A stretch of DNA of 64,000 bases. Source: Candidatus Limnocylindria bacterium. GTDB taxonomy: Bacteria > Chloroflexota > Limnocylindria > P2-11E. The notes under the pieces are model-generated. The model was not told the origin of the DNA. It did not search any database and saw only the letters and a program-made list of their open reading frames with translations. A program made the translations under genes and the position numbers. This document shows positions 1 through 9,592 of this stretch, one piece after another (the stretch's first letter is position 1; every line of letters begins with the position of its first letter). The stretch lies in assembly GCA_046262615.1 (NCBI GenBank), contig JBHEML010000002.1:6645-70644 (forward strand). The letters are read 5' to 3'.

Positions 1-246
1 ATCGCCTTCTCGATGGCCTTGACCAGACTCGCATCCCACGGCTGGATCACGATGAGCCGTGGCTCCGGCGCGCTGATCGAGCCGAGCTGGAGCAGCGGCG
101 TGGGGGTGCCGTACGCGTCGACCTCGAGCTGCTCCACCAGGGAGGGCGCGGCGCGGCCCGTGCGGATGCGCGTGACCTCCTTGCGCAGCGCGTCGATCGC
201 CTTGCGCATGCGCGCCTCAGCCTGGGGAAGGACCTCGTCGACCATC
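1..246 (-). CDS. frr: ribosome recycling factor, N-terminal part (gene runs off the left edge)
   Basis: Minus-strand translation from ATG at 244-246 reads MVDEVLPQAEARMRKAIDALRKEVTRIRTGRAAPSLVEQLEVDAYG..., a typical Frr N-terminus. Canonical rpsB-tsf-pyrH-frr order. Absent from the ORF track because it is truncated. Confidence 0.85.
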
Positions 247-261
247 AGCCGAGCCTCCGCA

Positions 262-999
262 TCATCGCGAGCCGTGCACGAGCGTCCCGACCGGCTCGCC
301 CTTCGCCGCGCGAAGCATCGTGCCCGCTTGGGAGAGGTCGAAGACGATGATCGGCATGTCGCGCTCCTCGGCGAGGGCCGCCGCCGTCGCGTCCATGACC
401 TGAAGTCGCTTCTCGAGCAGATCGCGGTACGCGAGGTCGTCGTACTTCCGGGCACTGGAGTCGAGGCGCGGATCGGCGTCGTAGACGCCGTCGACCTTGT
501 TCTTGCCCATGAGGATGACCTCGGCGTCGATCTCGGCCGCCCGCAGCGCCGCCGCAGTGTCGCTGGTGAAGAAGGGGTTCCCCGTGCCCGCGGCGAAGAT
601 CACGACGCGGCCCTTCTCGAGGTGACGGATGGCGCGGCGGCGGATGTACGGCTCGGCGACCTCCGCGATGTTCAGCGCCGACTGCACGCGCGTGGCCACT
701 CCGATCGACTCGAGCTGCGACTGCAGTGCCAGCGCATTCATGACCATCGCCAGCATCCCCATGTAGTGCGCCGTCGCCTCCTCGAGCCCGTGCTCGGCAG
801 CTACCGCCCCGCGCAGCCAGTTGCCCCCGCCGACGACCACCGCGATCTCGACGCCGAGCTCGTGCACGCTGCGGATCTCCTCCGCGAGGTAGCGCACGTA
901 CTCGGGGGAGATGCCGAACATCCGGTCGCCGAGCAGCGCCTCACCGCTGAGCTTCAGCAGAAGGCGGTGATACTTCGCGCCGCCTGATATGGCCGACAT
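262..999 (-). CDS. pyrH: UMP kinase
   Basis: 245-aa ORF with KYHRLLLKLSGEAL and VVVGGGNWLRG motifs of the amino-acid-kinase-fold UMP kinases. Lies between tsf and frr. Confidence 0.95.
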   Translation of the reverse strand: MSAISGGAKYHRLLLKLSGEALLGDRMFGISPEYVRYLAEEIRSVHELGVEIAVVVGGGNWLRGAVAAEHGLEEATAHYMGMLAMVMNALALQSQLESIGVATRVQSALNIAEVAEPYIRRRAIRHLEKGRVVIFAAGTGNPFFTSDTAAALRAAEIDAEVILMGKNKVDGVYDADPRLDSSARKYDDLAYRDLLEKRLQVMDATAAALAEERDMPIIVFDLSQAGTMLRAAKGEPVGTLVHGSR

Positions 1000-1010
1000 G
1001 GGGCCGGCTC

Positions 1011-1562
1011 TCAGCCCGAGTCGCCGAGCTCGAAGCGCGCGATCCGACGGACGCGCACGTTCTCGCCGGTGGAGGCGGCCATGGACCTCACGAGGTCACC
1101 GATCGTCTTGGAGTTGTCGCGGATGTATGGCTGCGCGAGAAGGACGCCCGCCGCGATGGCCGCCTTCTCGTCGCCGTGCTCCTCGACGAGCGAGCTGCGC
1201 TGCTCGTCCGTCAGATCGTCCTCCGAGACGACCTGCGGCGACATCGCCGCCACCTGCATCGCGATACCGCGCGCGAGCTCGCGGAATTCGGGCGTGCGCG
1301 CCACGAAGTCCGTCTCGCTCGACAGCTCGATCAGCGCCCCGATGCGCCCGCCGCCGTGCACGTACGCCTCGACGACGCCCTCCCGCACGTCGCGGCCCGC
1401 CTTCTGTCCCGACCGCGCGAGCCCGCGCTGCTTCAGGATCTCGCGGGCACGGTCGAAGTCGCCCGCGGCCTCGTCGAGGGCGCGCTTGCAGTCCATGATC
1501 CCGGCCCCGCTCTCCGCGCGCAGCCGCTGGACATCCGCAGTGGACGCTCGCGCCGCGCTCAC
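1011..1562 (-). CDS. tsf: translation elongation factor Ts (short form)
   Basis: 183-aa ORF. N-terminal UBA-like [40 protein letters not shown] start overlaps the rpsB stop (GTGA). Confidence 0.93.
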   Translation of the reverse strand: MSAARASTADVQRLRAESGAGIMDCKRALDEAAGDFDRAREILKQRGLARSGQKAGRDVREGVVEAYVHGGGRIGALIELSSETDFVARTPEFRELARGIAMQVAAMSPQVVSEDDLTDEQRSSLVEEHGDEKAAIAAGVLLAQPYIRDNSKTIGDLVRSMAASTGENVRVRRIARFELGDSG

Positions 1563-2557
1563 GGCTGGTCCTTCGCGGCGGTGGGTGCGCCAGGCCCCGC
1601 GGGCGCCGGCGCCGGCGCGGCCGCGGCGTCCACGGCAGGCGCGGCTGGCGCCGCTCCGCCCAGCTCAGCCGGCAGCGCGCCTTCCCCTGGCGCCGCCGCG
1701 TCGGCCGCCGCCGGCTCCTCCTCGTATCCGCCGATCGGGTACTCGTCCTCCTCGGGCTCGTACACGCGCGGCGTGCGCTTGGACCGCGGGACGCCGGCGC
1801 CCTCGACGACCTCGCCCGGGACCGCCGGCGCATAGCCCATGTCCTCGGGGCTGGCCTCCTTGCGGGAGGACTCGTGCTCGGTGCGCCCCTCGATGATCGC
1901 GTCGGCCATCTTCTGGCAGATCAGTTTGACCGCCCGGATCGCGTCGTCGTTCGCCGGGATGATCACGTCGATGAGGTCTGGGTCGCAGTTCGTGTCGACC
2001 ATCGCGACGATCGGGATCTCCAGCCTGCGCGCCTCCTCGACCGCGATGTGCTCGCGGTGCGGGTCGACCACGAAGAGCGCGGCGGGAGGCCGCTTCAGGT
2101 CCCGGACACCCTGGAAGAAGCGATCGAGCCGGATGCGCTCGTCCTCGAGGCGCTGCGCGTCCTTCTTGGGCAGCGCGGCGAAGTCGCCGCGCTCCTTGCG
2201 CTCGATCAGCTCGTTCAGACGGTTGATGCGCTTCTGGATGGTGACGAAGTTCGTCAGGAATCCCCCGAGCCAGCGCTGGTTCACGTAGTGCTGGTCGGCG
2301 CGCTTGGCCTCCTCGGCGATCGACTCCTGCGCCTGCTTCTTCGTGCCGACGAAGAGCACCTGCCCGCCGTCGGCCGCGAGGTCGCGCACGAACGTGTACG
2401 CCTCCTCGACGCGCGACAGCGTCTGCTGGAGGTCGATGATGTGGATGCCGTTGCGCTCCATGAAGATGAAGCGCTTCATCTTCGGGTTCCAGCGCCGGGC
2501 CTGGTGTCCGAAGTGGACGCCAGACTCGAGGAGCTGCTTCATCGTGACGACGGCCAA
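1559..2557 (-). CDS. rpsB: 30S ribosomal protein S2 with Ala/Pro/Glu-rich C-terminal tail
   Basis: 332-aa [25 protein letters not shown]...[12 protein letters not shown] is the S2 signature. The last ~80 aa are low complexity. Confidence 0.95.
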   Translation of the reverse strand: MAVVTMKQLLESGVHFGHQARRWNPKMKRFIFMERNGIHIIDLQQTLSRVEEAYTFVRDLAADGGQVLFVGTKKQAQESIAEEAKRADQHYVNQRWLGGFLTNFVTIQKRINRLNELIERKERGDFAALPKKDAQRLEDERIRLDRFFQGVRDLKRPPAALFVVDPHREHIAVEEARRLEIPIVAMVDTNCDPDLIDVIIPANDDAIRAVKLICQKMADAIIEGRTEHESSRKEASPEDMGYAPAVPGEVVEGAGVPRSKRTPRVYEPEEDEYPIGGYEEEPAAADAAAPGEGALPAELGGAAPAAPAVDAAAAPAPAPAGPGAPTAAKDQP

Positions 2558-2732
2558 GACGGTCCTCCCTTGTTTCCTCCGCCTCCGTCATCCGCCGCGG
2601 TCACCTCGCGCCAGGCGCGAGGCGAGGGTCCCGCGAACGTCGGGAAGGCGTGTGAAGCTGCCGGTGTTCCCGGTCCGCGTGCCAGTCTAGCGGTCCGGCA
2701 CGACCGCGAGGCCCGGTGGCACGCGCGGTGCC

Positions 2733-3131
2733 ATGTTGCTCCACATGGCCAGCTACGACGAAACGCGCGTACCGCGCGGTACCTCCCGCCGCTGGGAGGT
2801 CGTCGTCGCGGACGACGAGCCCAGGGAGGGTCCGGCCCCACGGCGGCTCTCCGCGCTCGAGGTGAAGGACGAGCACCGCGTCCTGCAGGGCCTCGACCCG
2901 CGCGATCTCCCGGCGATCACGCTCCTTCCGGAGGGCGAGCAGCTGGCGCGGTACGGCGAATACCTCGACCTGCGCGATCCGGCTCGCGCCAACTTCCTCG
3001 CCGAGGGCAGCGAGATCGTACGGCGGGGCCAGCGCATCGTGGCCCGAAGGGGTCTCGATCCGGCCGCCTGGCAGGAGCTGGTCCGCGCGTGCGGCGATGT
3101 CACGGGGGCGCGCCGGCGCCGCACCGCCTAG
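2733..3131 (+). CDS. hypothetical protein
   Basis: 132-aa ORF with balanced composition (D/E/L/V). The overlapping antisense ORF is Arg/Ser junk. No family recognised. The start could be the internal Met at 2745. Confidence 0.4.
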   Translation: MLLHMASYDETRVPRGTSRRWEVVVADDEPREGPAPRRLSALEVKDEHRVLQGLDPRDLPAITLLPEGEQLARYGEYLDLRDPARANFLAEGSEIVRRGQRIVARRGLDPAAWQELVRACGDVTGARRRRTA

Positions 3132-3212
3132 CGACGCTCCCGCCGCGCGGCCACGGCCGACGACCTTGACGCGCCGTCCCGCCGGTCCGCGGGCGCGCGG
3201 CGCGACGGAGGC

Positions 3213-3545
3213 TCAGCGAAAGTCGGGGTGACCCCCGCCCTGGATCCGGGCCCGGAGTGCCTCGAGCGCGCTCGGCGGACGGTGGGTCTTCCGCGCCTCG
3301 TCTGGAATGCTCGCGGCGAACGCGTCGCGCAGCTCCTCGAGGGAGCAACCGAAGATCTCGCCCGAGGTCTCGAACTCCGCCCGCAGCCGCAGGAAGCCGA
3401 ACTCGTTATGCCGCGATACGTCGAGCCCCGCACACAGCTCGTCGAGCAAGAGGTACAGCGCGCGGCGCATCGCGGGATCGAGGCTGTCGACCCAGGTGCG
3501 AACGCGTTCCGCTCCCGGAGGAGCCGCCTCCGATCCGTCGCTCAT
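3213..3545 (-). CDS. hypothetical protein
   Basis: Trimmed from the 141-aa ORF to the internal Met (MSDGSEAAPPGAERVRTWVDSL...) so that it does not overlap the dinG 3-prime end. Balanced composition, no family recognised. Confidence 0.4.
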   Translation of the reverse strand: MSDGSEAAPPGAERVRTWVDSLDPAMRRALYLLLDELCAGLDVSRHNEFGFLRLRAEFETSGEIFGCSLEELRDAFAASIPDEARKTHRPPSALEALRARIQGGGHPDFR

Positions 3546-3570
3546 CCGGACGCCGGCTCCAATCCGTCGC

Positions 3571-6288
3571 TCATCGCGGACCATCGTCGGGTTGCGCGCA
3601 CCACGACGCCAGCGCGCCGGCGACCGCGCCCGACTCAACGCGCTGGAGCCGCGCCGGCGGCAACGAGAGCAGGAATGCCGGCCCGTACTCGCGCGTCAGC
3701 ACGCGGCGATCGAGGAGCACCACGGCCCCGCGGTCCGATCTCGTCCGGATGAGGCGGCCGAAGCCCTGCCGCAGCCGCAGGACCGCCTGCGGCAGGTGGA
3801 ACTCGCGGAAGGGATCCTCGTAGCGCTCGGCGCGGCCCTCGACGAGCGGATCGTCCGGGACGGCGAACGGGAGCTTGGCGATCACGACGCACCGCAGCAC
3901 GTCTCCCGGCAGGTCGACCCCTTCCCAGAACGACTGCGTCCCCAGCAGCACCGCTCTCCCGGATGCGAAGCGCCGCAGCAGCGAGCGGCGGGAGCCATCG
4001 ACGCCCTGCGTCAGCACCGCGATGCCGGCCTCCTCGAGCCCGCTCAGCCGTGCCGCGACGTCGCGCATCGCGCTGTGCGCGGTGAAGAGGACCATGGTGC
4101 GGCCCTGGAGCGCGCGCCCCGTCTCTTCAACGATGCTCGCGACCTCAGCCGCGAATGACTCCTCATGCGGGTACGAAATGTCCGTCGGCACGACGAGCGC
4201 CGCCTGGCGCGCGTAGTCGAATGGAGAGCCGACGCGGAGCGTCGCGGCGACGTCGGCGATGCCGAATCGCTCGAGCGTGAACGCGAGGGAGCGTGCGACA
4301 GCGAGCGTGGCCGATGTGAACACGATGGAGCGGTGCGGCTCCACAAGGCCGCGGCGCAGCGCCGCGCCCACGTGCGATGGGGCCACCCGGAGCGCCACGC
4401 CAGCGTGACCGAGCGCGAGCCACACGATGTCGCCCGGCCTCGGCTGATGGACCGCCCTTGCGAGGCCCGACTTCGCGCGCGACAGCTCCGCCGCTCCGCT
4501 CACAAGGTCGGCGGCACGATCCTCGTCGGCCGCGCGCGCTGCCAGCCGCTCGCCCGCTGCGATCACCTCGGCCAGCGAATCGCCGAGCCGCTCCGCGGCG
4601 AGCTCCACCGGTAGCCAGAGCTCGTCGCTCGCGCGCAGTCCGGCCGTGACTCGGAGACGATCCTCCATCCCGGCGCGAGGGACGAGGTCCCCGAGCGTCC
4701 CGAAGGTCTCGGCGGTGCGCTCGAGCGCGCCCGCGCACTCGTTTCGCATGTGCGCCGCGGTCTCGGCGAGATCCGGATCCTTCAATGAATCGATCACGAG
4801 CGGCGAATGCGCGACCCGCTCGATGTCGCGGCGCAGCCGCGCCTGGTCGAGCGACAAGCCGAACGCGTCGGCCGCGACATCCTCGAGACGGTGCGCCTCG
4901 TCGACGACGACGTGCTCCGCGTCCGGCAGGAGGCCGGCGCGGCCGCGCGCGTTCTGCAAGAGAAGCGCGTGGTTCACGACGACGATGCCCGCCTTCCCGG
5001 CCGCGGCGCGCGCGCGCTCGAGGTAGCAGCCGCCGGGCGTCCGCGCGCAGCGACGCGAGTCGCAGCCCTCGTCGTCGGCGCAGATCCGCGACCACAGCGT
5101 CCCTTCGGAGCCGAACAGGTTCAGCTCCGCCCGGTCGCCGGACTCAGTCGTGGTGCGCCACACGAGGGTCTTCAGGATGAGCCGCGCTTCCTCACGCGTC
5201 GCCGCCGAGCCACGCATCATCTGCCAGCGCCGCGGGCACAGGTAGTTGGAGCGGCCCTTCTGCACCGCGACGGCGACGCTGGTGCCGAGCGCATCCTGGA
5301 GCGCGGGCAGGTCGCGCAGGACGAGCTGGTCCTGGAGCGGCAGGGTGTGCGTGCTGACGACCACCCGCTCGCGCCGCGCCGCGCGGGCGATCGCGGGCAC
5401 GAGGTACGCGATCGACTTGCCGATGCCGGTCCCCGCTTCGGCGAGGAGCACGCCGCCCTGCGCCATCGTCGACTCGACCGCGAGCGCGAGCTCGACCTGC
5501 TCGGCCCGCGGCTCGTAGCCTGGAAAGGCGCTCGCGAGCGCGCCATCCGGCGCGAATGCGGCGGGCACGTCGGGCGGCGGCGCTCCCGGCCGCTCCGGCG
5601 AGACCAACGCGGATCCCGGCGCGGCCGTGCCGTTCGCCGAAAGCCCCGCGGCCAGAGGGCTGGCGGCCTCCCACGACCCGCGGACGGCGGTCCGCAGGGC
5701 GGACGCGAAGAAGGCCGCGCTCGCCGGCCCCAGAAACGCGGCGTGCGCGGTCGCCTCCTCGAGGATGAGCGGGTCGAGGCCGCGGGCGCGGTCGAGCAGG
5801 ACGCCGAGTAGCGCACCGCACGTGAGAGCGTCATCCAGCGCGCGGTGCGCGGACCCCGCGTCGATGGCGGTGTCGGCAGCGAGGCTCTGCAGCGCGTACG
5901 ACGGCGCCCCCGGATATAGGATCGATGCGAGCTCTACGGTATCGAGGCACACGGCGCCGGGCGCGAGCCCCTGCCGCTCGAGGAACGCGACATCGAAGGC
6001 GACGTTGTGGCCGGCGAGCCACGCGTCCTTCGCGAAGGCGGCGAACGCGCTCACGGCCTCCGACGGCTGGGGCGCGCCCGCCAGATGCGCGTCCGCGATC
6101 CCGGTGAGCCTTCCGATCGCCGGCGGCAGCGGCCTGCCCGGATCCACAAAGGTGGCGAATCGCTCTCCCGCCTCGAGGCCGCCGTCCGCGGTCGGCTCGA
6201 GGCGCACGGCCCCGATCTCGATGATCCGGTCCACTTCCGGATCGAAGCCGGTCGTCTCGAGGTCGACCGCCACCACCGCGTGGTCCAC
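3571..6288 (-). CDS. dinG: bifunctional 3-prime-5-prime exonuclease / DinG-family ATP-dependent helicase
   Basis: 905-aa ORF. N-terminal DnaQ-like exonuclease motifs (VAVDLETTGFDPEVDRIIEIGAV, HRALDDALT), followed by XPD/DinG helicase motifs (AEAGTGIGKS, VVVDEAH, FTSATL, QGFGRLIRTRSDRG). Confidence 0.9.
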   Translation of the reverse strand: MDHAVVAVDLETTGFDPEVDRIIEIGAVRLEPTADGGLEAGERFATFVDPGRPLPPAIGRLTGIADAHLAGAPQPSEAVSAFAAFAKDAWLAGHNVAFDVAFLERQGLAPGAVCLDTVELASILYPGAPSYALQSLAADTAIDAGSAHRALDDALTCGALLGVLLDRARGLDPLILEEATAHAAFLGPASAAFFASALRTAVRGSWEAASPLAAGLSANGTAAPGSALVSPERPGAPPPDVPAAFAPDGALASAFPGYEPRAEQVELALAVESTMAQGGVLLAEAGTGIGKSIAYLVPAIARAARRERVVVSTHTLPLQDQLVLRDLPALQDALGTSVAVAVQKGRSNYLCPRRWQMMRGSAATREEARLILKTLVWRTTTESGDRAELNLFGSEGTLWSRICADDEGCDSRRCARTPGGCYLERARAAAGKAGIVVVNHALLLQNARGRAGLLPDAEHVVVDEAHRLEDVAADAFGLSLDQARLRRDIERVAHSPLVIDSLKDPDLAETAAHMRNECAGALERTAETFGTLGDLVPRAGMEDRLRVTAGLRASDELWLPVELAAERLGDSLAEVIAAGERLAARAADEDRAADLVSGAAELSRAKSGLARAVHQPRPGDIVWLALGHAGVALRVAPSHVGAALRRGLVEPHRSIVFTSATLAVARSLAFTLERFGIADVAATLRVGSPFDYARQAALVVPTDISYPHEESFAAEVASIVEETGRALQGRTMVLFTAHSAMRDVAARLSGLEEAGIAVLTQGVDGSRRSLLRRFASGRAVLLGTQSFWEGVDLPGDVLRCVVIAKLPFAVPDDPLVEGRAERYEDPFREFHLPQAVLRLRQGFGRLIRTRSDRGAVVLLDRRVLTREYGPAFLLSLPPARLQRVESGAVAGALASWCAQPDDGPR

Positions 6289-6377
6289 GCCTTCGCCGCC
6301 GTTCTAGCCGCCGCCCTGGCGGAACTCTCTGTCGATCGCGATCGGCCGGCCCTTGCGTCCGGTCGCGCGCGCGTGCG

Positions 6378-7655
6378 CTAGGGGTAGATGCCGCGCGTCA
6401 GCGTGGCCTCCGCCACGCGGCTGACCGCGACCATGTACGCGGCCGTCCGCATGTCCACCTTCTGTCGCTTGGCCATCTCGAGGACGTCGTTGAAGGACTT
6501 GACCATGACCTCTTTGAGGCGCGCATTGATCGTCGCCTCGCGCCAGAAGAGGTTCTGGAGGTCCTGGACCCACTCGAAGTACGAGACCGTGACGCCGCCG
6601 GCGTTGCAGAGGATGTCGGGGATAAGGAACACGCCCCGGTCGTGCAGGATGCGGTCGGCCTCGGGGCTCGTGGGTCCGTTCGCCGCCTCGGCGACGATCT
6701 TCGCCTTCACGTGCGGTGCGTTGTGCTCGCCGATCTGATTCTCGATGGCTGCCGGGATGAGGACGTCGCAGTCGAGCTCTAAAAGCTCGGCGTTGGTGAC
6801 GCGGTCGGCCGACGGGTAGCCCGTGACGGTGCCGTGCTCTTTCTTGTACGCGTCGACCTTCGCGGGATCCAGGCCGCGCGCATCGTGGATGCCGCCGCTG
6901 GTGTCCGAGACGGCGACGATGCTCGCTCCGAGCTCCTCCATCAGCCGCGCCGAATGGAGCCCGGCGTTGCCGAAACCCTGGACGACCACGCGCGCGCCCT
7001 CGAGGTCGAGCCCCAGGAACTTCGCCGCCTCGATGACCGTGTACACGGCACCGCGCGCGGTCGCCTCGTTCCGTCCCTCGCTGCCGCCGATCGAGAGCGG
7101 CTTCCCCGTGACGACGGCGGGCGCCGTGTAGCCGTGGTGCATCGAGTACGTGTCCATGATCCAGGCCATCGTCTGGGCGTTCGTGTTCACGTCTGGCGCG
7201 GGGATGTCCCGCTCCGGCCCGATGAGCAGCATGATCTCCGTCGCGTACCGCCGCGTGAGGGTCTCGAGCTGCTGCATGCTCATGTGCTTGGGGTCGCACA
7301 CGACCCCGCCCTTCGCGCCGCCGTACGGGATCCCGACCACGGCGCACTTCCACGTCATCCACATGGCGAGCGCCTTCACCTCGCCGGGCGTGACCGAGGG
7401 GTGGTAGCGGATGCCGCCCTTGCCGGGGCCGCGAGAGACGTTGTGCTGGACGCGGTAGCCGGTGAACACCTTGACGACGCCGTCCTGCATGCGGACAGGG
7501 AAGTGCACCGTCAGCTCGCGCTGGCACGTCCGCAGGATGCCGCGCATGTTGGGGTCGAGATGCAACCTGTCGGCGGCGAGATCGAACTGCTCGAGCGCGA
7601 CCTCCCACGGGTCGCGCTGGGTGTGGTCGATCGTGACGGCGGTCGTGACGGCCAT
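6378..7655 (-). CDS. gdhA: Glu/Leu/Phe/Val-family glutamate dehydrogenase
   Basis: 425-aa ORF. GPGKGGIRYHP and GGAKGGV motifs plus the Rossmann motif VVVQGFGNAG. Confidence 0.93.
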   Translation of the reverse strand: MAVTTAVTIDHTQRDPWEVALEQFDLAADRLHLDPNMRGILRTCQRELTVHFPVRMQDGVVKVFTGYRVQHNVSRGPGKGGIRYHPSVTPGEVKALAMWMTWKCAVVGIPYGGAKGGVVCDPKHMSMQQLETLTRRYATEIMLLIGPERDIPAPDVNTNAQTMAWIMDTYSMHHGYTAPAVVTGKPLSIGGSEGRNEATARGAVYTVIEAAKFLGLDLEGARVVVQGFGNAGLHSARLMEELGASIVAVSDTSGGIHDARGLDPAKVDAYKKEHGTVTGYPSADRVTNAELLELDCDVLIPAAIENQIGEHNAPHVKAKIVAEAANGPTSPEADRILHDRGVFLIPDILCNAGGVTVSYFEWVQDLQNLFWREATINARLKEVMVKSFNDVLEMAKRQKVDMRTAAYMVAVSRVAEATLTRGIYP

Positions 7656-7695
7656 GTGGCTCAGCTCCTCTTTAGTCCGGCGCGCCCGCGCGCGC

Positions 7696-8313
7696 TCACT
7701 TCCTCACCGTCCCGAGCTTCTCGACGACGGTCCACGAGGGTGCGGTCTCGCCGGGCCGGTATGCGCTGTTCCAATCCTTCAGCACCACGCGCTTGAAACC
7801 CTGGCCCTGCAGCGTTTCCTGCCAGGCGCGCAGCCCGCGCGCGACGAATGGCGTCAGTCGGACGTTCATGCTCTGGGCGAGGATGCCCTCGAGGTGGCGC
7901 TTGCGCTCGAGCAGCGGCACCTCCAGCAGGGATTCCCCGTCGACCTCCAACAGGTCGAAGGCGGCGAAGATCGTGCGCGGACCGGCGGTCCTCACGAACG
8001 CGTTCCCCCCGGCGTCGACCTCGAGGTCGCGCTCGTCCTCCCAGTCGGCGACAAGCACGCCGTCGATGATCGCCGTGCTCGCGCGCGCGTCCGCGGTGAT
8101 CGCGTCGTACAGCTCGCGCGGGCCCTCGAGCGCACCGTCGTAGCCGACGAAGCGAGGTGCCGGGTGGCCCACCCGGACCAGGGCGCGCCGCCCCGCCCAC
8201 TCCGGCTCGAGGATGTGCTCCTCTGGCAGAGGCCGCTCGCGCGCGAACCGAGGGCGTTGAGGCGCCAGATCGGCGCCGATGAGGATCGTCAAGGCCGACA
8301 GCGAGTATCGCAC
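7696..8313 (-). CDS. ATP-dependent DNA ligase-like protein, adenylation-domain core only, catalytic residues substituted
   Basis: 205-aa ORF. FAAFDLLEVDGESLLEVPLLERKRHLE and FKRVVLKDWNSAYRPGE resemble LigD/LigC nucleotidyltransferase motifs IIIa/IV. The motif I position reads EPEWAGRRA instead of E-x-K-x-D-G-x-R. No OB domain. Confidence 0.7.
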   Translation of the reverse strand: MRYSLSALTILIGADLAPQRPRFARERPLPEEHILEPEWAGRRALVRVGHPAPRFVGYDGALEGPRELYDAITADARASTAIIDGVLVADWEDERDLEVDAGGNAFVRTAGPRTIFAAFDLLEVDGESLLEVPLLERKRHLEGILAQSMNVRLTPFVARGLRAWQETLQGQGFKRVVLKDWNSAYRPGETAPSWTVVEKLGTVRK

Positions 8314-8329
8314 CCGTGGGTCCGCACTC

Positions 8330-8372
8330 TTGACACAGCGAACGGACGTTCTAGAGTGGTGAACGCACGTTC
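8330..8372 (+). promoter_or_regulatory. sigma70-like promoter (TTGACA-16 bp-TAGAGT) with two GAAC-N4-GTTC SOS (LexA/Cheo) boxes
   Basis: ctcTTGACAcagcGAACggacGTTCTAGAGTggtGAACgcacGTTCt. Boxes at 8340-8351 and 8361-8372, -35 at 8330-8335, -10 at 8352-8357. Confidence 0.6.
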
Positions 8373-8701
8373 TATCGCAGAGGGGACCCGCAGGGCGGCG
8401 GTGCGGTGGAGCGGAGTCATCGCGCCAGGGGGTGCAGCATGACCATGGCGATCGCGACCCGCGTAGTTCGCGCGTTCCCTGTGCAGGCTTCCGCGCCGGT
8501 GGGTCCGGGCATCAGCATCAGCATCCGCCTCGACGCGCGGCGGGCCGCAACGTCATGGCGGCTGCCCCCGGCGATCTATTCGCCGTACGCGCGCCGCCGG
8601 CGAGCCCACGCGATGGCCGCCCCCGCGCCGTCCGTGGGCGCAGCGCGTGCGCGCCCCTCCAGGGGCCTGCGCCGCGCGTAGGGCCGTGGGGCTGTCCGCC
8701 T

Positions 8702-9592
8702 TCACCCGCGGCTCTTGGGCTCCGCGCCGCTCCCCGCAAGCCCGGTGAGACCGGCGAGGGGGGCGGCGAGCGCGCTGAACTCCGTCGGGATGATGAACTT
8801 GGTCGCGGGCGAGGCCCCGAGGGCGCGCAGCGCGTCGAGATACTGGAGCAGGAGCGTCCGCTGGTCGGCGACCGAGGCCGTCTCGTTGATCTTCTCGAGG
8901 GCCAGGGCGAACCCCTCCGCGCGCAGGATCGACGACTGCCGCGCACCTTCGGCCTGGAGGATGTTCGACTGCTTGTCGCCCTCGGCCACGAGGATCGCCG
9001 ACTGGCGCTTGCCCTCGGCCTCGAGCACCGATGCCCGCCGGTTGCGTTCTGCGGACATCTGACGGTTCATCGCGTCCTGGATGTCGCGCGGCGGGATGAT
9101 CTCGCGGATCTCGACGTTCGTGATCTTCACGCCCCAGCGCTGCGTGATCTCGTCCAGCTTCACACGGAGTACCTCGTTGATCTGGTCTCGCTTGGCGAGT
9201 ACGTCGTCCAGCGGGATGTCGCCGATCACGGCGCGCAGGGTCGTTGTAGCGATGCCCTGCACGGCGGAGCGGACGTTCTGGATCTTCAACACCGCATCCG
9301 CCGCGTCGACGATCTTCTGGTAAATGAGGAAGTCGATCGAGATCGGCGCGTTGTCCTTCGTGATGCTCGTCTGCTGCGGGATCTCGACGACGAACTCACG
9401 CAGGTCGACGGTCTGCGATGTCTGGATCGGTGGCGGCGCGAGCAGAACGAGGCCGGGGCCGGCAACGCGCTGGTATTTGCCGAACGCCAGCACGACGAGC
9501 CGCTGGTACTCCGGGACGATGTGGACGATGGACCGCAGGATGAGCAGCCCGACGACCACGAGGAACGCGATGACGACCAATCCGAGATTCAT
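8702..9592 (-). CDS. SPFH/band-7 (stomatin-like) membrane protein
   Basis: 296-aa ORF. N-terminal TM helix followed by IVPEYQRLVVLAFGKYQRVAGPGL and the SPFH core. Start overlaps the nfeD stop, the classic NfeD-stomatin operon layout. Confidence 0.9.
   Translation of the reverse strand: MNLGLVVIAFLVVVGLLILRSIVHIVPEYQRLVVLAFGKYQRVAGPGLVLLAPPPIQTSQTVDLREFVVEIPQQTSITKDNAPISIDFLIYQKIVDAADAVLKIQNVRSAVQGIATTTLRAVIGDIPLDDVLAKRDQINEVLRVKLDEITQRWGVKITNVEIREIIPPRDIQDAMNRQMSAERNRRASVLEAEGKRQSAILVAEGDKQSNILQAEGARQSSILRAEGFALALEKINETASVADQRTLLLQYLDALRALGASPATKFIIPTEFSALAAPLAGLTGLAGSGAEPKSRG

Noticed and set aside
2558-2732. rpsB leader hairpin (CCTCGCG-cctgg-CGCGAGG on the minus strand) as an S2 autoregulatory element
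   Set aside because: It is a single short GC hairpin in GC-rich DNA. I cannot align it to the known rpsB leader motif without a covariance model.
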